Positions 60,051 to 64,000 of a stretch of DNA of 64,000 nt are shown one piece after another (within the stretch, counting starts at the first letter, position 1; the number at the start of each line of letters is the position of its first letter). Below the pieces are notes generated by a model. The model had not been told where the DNA came from. It saw only the letters and a program-made list of their open reading frames with translations, and searched no databases. Where the stretch lies: assembly GCF_902713615.1 (NCBI RefSeq), contig NC_052158.1, positions 40,415,729 to 40,479,728 on the forward strand, given 5' to 3'. Position numbers and translations under genes: made by a program. Origin of the DNA: Scyliorhinus canicula (Eukaryota).

Positions 60051-60326
60051 CTTTCTTTTTGAGAAATTCCTTTCCAATTTTTAAATATTTCCTTAAGAGG
60101 CTAATCAGTTCTACTTCCATCTGCCATTTCCAGTGCTCATTCCAAGATTGATCCGAATCCCATTTCTCTTTAGTCTTCACTGCGATGTGATTGGATGCGA
60201 CCCATCTCATCCTGTCTGGCTCTAAACTAATATAATCCTTTCCATCAAATCCAAACCTCATCGATCTCTTAATGGAGCCGTCTTCAGTGACCTCGACAGA
60301 CCGAATCCATTGAAAAGTGTGAAATC
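60051..60326 (-). CDS. MHC class I alpha-2 domain exon (non-classical)
   Basis: CTGACAG acceptor and AAG|GTATTG donor; 276 nt, phase 1-1, open: GFHTFQW...EDGS...GFDGKDYISL...TKEKW...LLRKYLKIGKEFL. Confidence 0.92.
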
Positions 60327-60614
60327 CTGTCAGACACCAGAGATCAATAACCAATAATTCACTGTTGATTAGAAAAGTCTTTTCACAATTCAGATAAGGT
60401 ATTCAGACAAGGAAATGGGGCCTAATCCACTGGATATGGAGGCTATGGGGATTCTACATCCCACTGGATTTTCCACTAAATTCAAGTCAGTAGAAATCAA
60501 TTTTGGGTATGTTGCAAGTCCAGGGTTCTACACAGTATATTAGCTTTATGTTCCAATGACTTGTGTTCCAATTACTGTTCTTTTTGGAAAATAATCCTTC
60601 TTTTATTCATTTTC

Positions 60615-61095
60615 AGCATGTGGGCGTTACTGGTTAGGCCAGCATTTATTGCCCTACAGAAGGTGGTGGTGAGTTGCCTTCTTGAACCGCTGCAGTTTCT
60701 GAGATGTAGGTACACCCATTGTGCTGTTAGGAAGGGAGTTCCAGGATTTTAACCCAGCGAGAGTGAAGGAACGGCGGTGATACATTTCCAAGTCAGGATG
60801 GTGAGTGACTTGGAGGGGAACCTCCAGATGCTGGTGTTCCCATGGGTGGTAATTTAACGCTTCAACGCGGTGTGGGTGGGGGCGTAAAATACAGGAAGCT
60901 TTCCAAAGACCAACTTTGGTTGGAGCGGAAAATCCTGTCATTGATTGAGGCCGCAAAACTTTGCTTCAGGTGTTTGTGGATGGGGGGCAATCAAGTGGAT
61001 TATTTTGTCCTGGATGTTGTCAAGCTTCTTGTTGGAGCTGCACTCATCCATACAAGTGGAGAGAATTCCATGACACTCCTGTCTTATGCTTTGAA
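60615..61095 (-). mobile_element. Old CR1-group LINE 3' fragment
   Basis: Similar to 25205-25700 (KSWNSLPN, RSFT motifs). Confidence 0.65.
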
Positions 61096-61240
61096 ATAAT
61101 AATAATCTTTATTGTTACAAGTAGGCTTACATTAAAAGTGCAATGAAGTTACTGTGAAAAGCCCCTCGTCACCACATTTCCGGCGCCTGTTAGGGTGCAC
61201 AGAGGGAGAAATTCAGAACTTCTAAATTACCAAACAGCAT

Positions 61241-61903
61241 GGGCGCGATTCTCCGCCCCCCACGATGGGTCGGAGAATAGCGTAAGGGCCTTCCCGACAT
61301 CCCGCTATTCCCCCCCCCCCCCCTCCCCCCCGACACGAATCGCTGCTCGCCGTTTTTTTACGGCAAACAGCGATTCTCCCCTGGCCGATGGCCGAATTCC
61401 CAGGCCTTTACGGCCGTTTTCACGAACTCCAACACACCTGCTATCACAGTTCGTAAAAACGGCCGCAAAGTGCCGTTCTGGGGAACCATGGCACCGATTG
61501 GCACGGCCGCACCACGGGTGCCATGGGCCCGTGATCGGTGGGCACTCTTTGTTCCTCCGCGCCCCGCTGTATCAGTCCGTGGGGCTACTGAGGGACATAA
61601 CGGCCCGCGCATGCGCGGGTTTAACGCATATGCGTGATGACGTCATCCTCGCATGCCGGGTTGGAGCCGTCCAATCCGCGCATGCGCGGCTGACATCATC
61701 ATATGCGTCAGCTGTCGCTAACTTTGGCGCGCGGGCTTAGCGAAATTCGCTAAGCCCGCGATGCCGAAGTTCACGGGGCCCCGCTGCTAGCCCCGAACGG
61801 GGAGCAGAATCGGGTCCCGTGAGGGGGCGAGGAGGCTGCCGTGAAACACGGCCGGTTTCACGGCAGCCTTCAGGACTCTCCGCATTTGCGGAGAATCACG
61901 CCC
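61241..61903. mobile_element. MITE
   Basis: TIRs GGGCGCGATTCTCCGC...GCGGAGAATCACGCCC, TSD CAT/CAT. Confidence 0.85.
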
Positions 61904-61904
61904 C

Positions 61905-62056
61905 ATGTCTTTCGGGACCTGTGGGAGGCAACCGGATCACCCGGAGGAAACCCACACAGACATAGGCAAACTCTGCAGAGACAGTGACCCAAACCGGGAA
62001 TCGAACCTGGGATCCTGGCGCTGTGAAGCAACAGTGCTAACAACTGTGCTACCGTA
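61905..62056 (-). mobile_element. Partial HE1-like SINE
   Basis: tRNA-like head and V-domain. Confidence 0.75.
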
Positions 62057-62979
62057 GATGGAGGACAGGCTTTGGGTGGGTCAGGAGGTGAGTTACTCGC
62101 CACAGATAGCCCAACCTCTGCCTTGCTCTTGCAGGCACAGTGTCTATATAGTTAGCCCAGTTGAATTTGGATCAATGGTAACCTCCAGGATGTTGATATT
62201 GGGGGACTCATTGATGGTAATGCCATTGAATGTCAAGGTGAGATGGTTTGAATTCTGTCTTGTTGGAAATGGTATTGCCTGGCATTTGTACAGCCCACTA
62301 CCGAAGTCAGGCTCACTGGTCTATGATTCGGTTTTCTCTCTGCCTCCCTTTTTAAATACATTAGCGACCTTGCAATCTGCAGGAACTGTTCCAGTGTCTA
62401 TAAAATCTGGAAGATGACCACAATACATCCACTAATTCTCAGGCCACTTCCTTCAGTACTCTATGATAGGATTATCAGGCCGTGAGGATTTACCAGCATC
62501 AATCCATCAGCTTCCCCACATCATTTCTCTACTAATACTGATTTCCTTCAGTTCCTCCCTCTCACTAAACCCTGTGATCCCCAACACAGGATTTATCAGC
62601 TGAGGGAGGGTGAGGGTGGGGGTTGGTGGCTCAGTGATAATCAGCAGGAGGATTCCTTGCCCACCTTTGACCTGATGCCATGAATCTTTGTGGTCTCCCA
62701 GATCAACTTCCTCTCGAATGTGCACCACCTCAATTGAACTCTGTTCTATCCTGCCATTGGAAGAATAAGGATTGGGACATTGTAAGGTATGACTATGTCA
62801 GACTGTTGTTTGACTAGTCTGTGGGACAGCTTTCCCAATACTGGCACAAACCCTCAGATGTTAGAAAGGAGAACTCTGCAGGGCGATAGGACTGGTTTGC
62901 CATTGTCGTTTCCAGTGTCCCTGTCAATGCCGGGTAGTCTGTCCGGTTTCTTTCTGTCTCATTGACTTGGAGCAGTTGG

Positions 62980-63272
62980 ATGAAATGAAAAAAATGAAAA
63001 ATGAAAATCACTTATTGTCACGAGTAGGCTTCAATGAAGTTACTGTGAAAAGCCCCTAGTCGCCACATTCCGGCGCCTGTCCGGGGAGGCTGGTACGGGA
63101 ATCGAATCGTGCTGCTGGTCTGCTTTAAAAGCCAGCGATTTAGCTCAGTGAGCTAAACCGGCCCCTAGTAAAATATGCAAACTCCACAGGACAGTGACCC
63201 AGAACCGGGATCGAACGTGGGACCTCGGCGCTGTGAGGCTGTAGGGCTAACCACTGCGCCACCGTACTGGCA
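62980..63272 (-). mobile_element. (CATTT)n-tailed SINE joined to an HE1-like head fragment
   Basis: Matches 19808-19989, followed by a B-box head. Confidence 0.75.
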
Positions 63273-63659
63273 TGGGTACAACTGAGTGTTTTGCTCGGCC
63301 TTTTCAAAGGACAGTAAAGGGTCATTACTGTGGGTCTGGAGTAAATGTAGGTCAGACTGGGCAAGAAATGGCAGATTTCTGTCCCATTCCGTTTTCATTT
63401 CATCCTGTTACTTGAATTTAAATCCCACCTGCACTCTTCTAAGAATTGAACCTGAGCATCAGTCTGGGCCTCTGGATTGATAGTCCAGTAACACTGCCAC
63501 TAAACAATTACCTCCTCTCAGGCCACCCCTCTGCTTTCCCCTGCTTCCCTCTCCATATTGCTCTCTGTAACACTATCACCTTCTCTGCTCATACTTCCTG
63601 CTCCTTTCTCCATCATTGATGCATCTCCTTCACCTCGATAGCCTTTCTCTCAAGACGAG

Positions 63660-64000
63660 GGTGGCACGATGGCGCAGTGGTTAGCCGAGGACCGAGGTCC
63701 GGGTTCGATCCCGGCTCTGGGTCACTGTCCGTGTGGAGTTTGCACATTAGACCATAAGACATAGGAGCGGAAGTAAGGCCATACGGCCCATCGAGTCCAC
63801 TCCACCATTCAATCATGGTTGATTTCAACTCCATTTACCCGCTCTCTCCCCATAGCCCTTAATTCCTCGAGAAATCAAGAATTTATCAATTTCTGTCTTA
63901 AAGACACTCAATGTCCCGGCCTCCACTGCCCTCTGTGTCAATGAACCTACCACTCTCTGGCTGAAGAAATTTCTCCTCATCTCTGTTCTAAAGTGACTCC
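63660..64000. mobile_element. SINE head (+) abutting a CR1 3' end (-)
   Basis: GGTTCGATCCC B-box; AGACCATAAGACATAGG tail typical of CR1 ends. Confidence 0.65.

Overview
Repeat-dense vertebrate genomic DNA, almost certainly from an elasmobranch (shark): it carries HE1/V-SINE-type SINEs, CR1 and L1 LINEs, and has two 500-N assembly gaps. The window is mostly nested mobile elements: three Ty3/Gypsy elements of one clade plus two solo LTRs; a Gmr1-type (SCAN-gag, integrase-before-RT) element with an env-bearing ERV inserted in it; two decayed spuma/loki-like retroviral elements; Harbinger-like MITEs; and several minisatellites. The only clearly host-coding sequence is a 276-nt MHC class I alpha-2 exon lacking both canonical cysteines; a signal-peptide exon and a few micro-exons are weaker candidates. 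The most striking pattern is that none of the three Gypsy elements has a tRNA primer-binding site. Instead, the 12-14 nt just past each 5' LTR are complementary to a segment of the element's own LTR about 50 nt upstream. That segment differs between the three families and the partner changes with it, which suggests self-primed reverse transcription and/or poly(A)-signal masking. All alignments and counts were done by eye; no searches were run.
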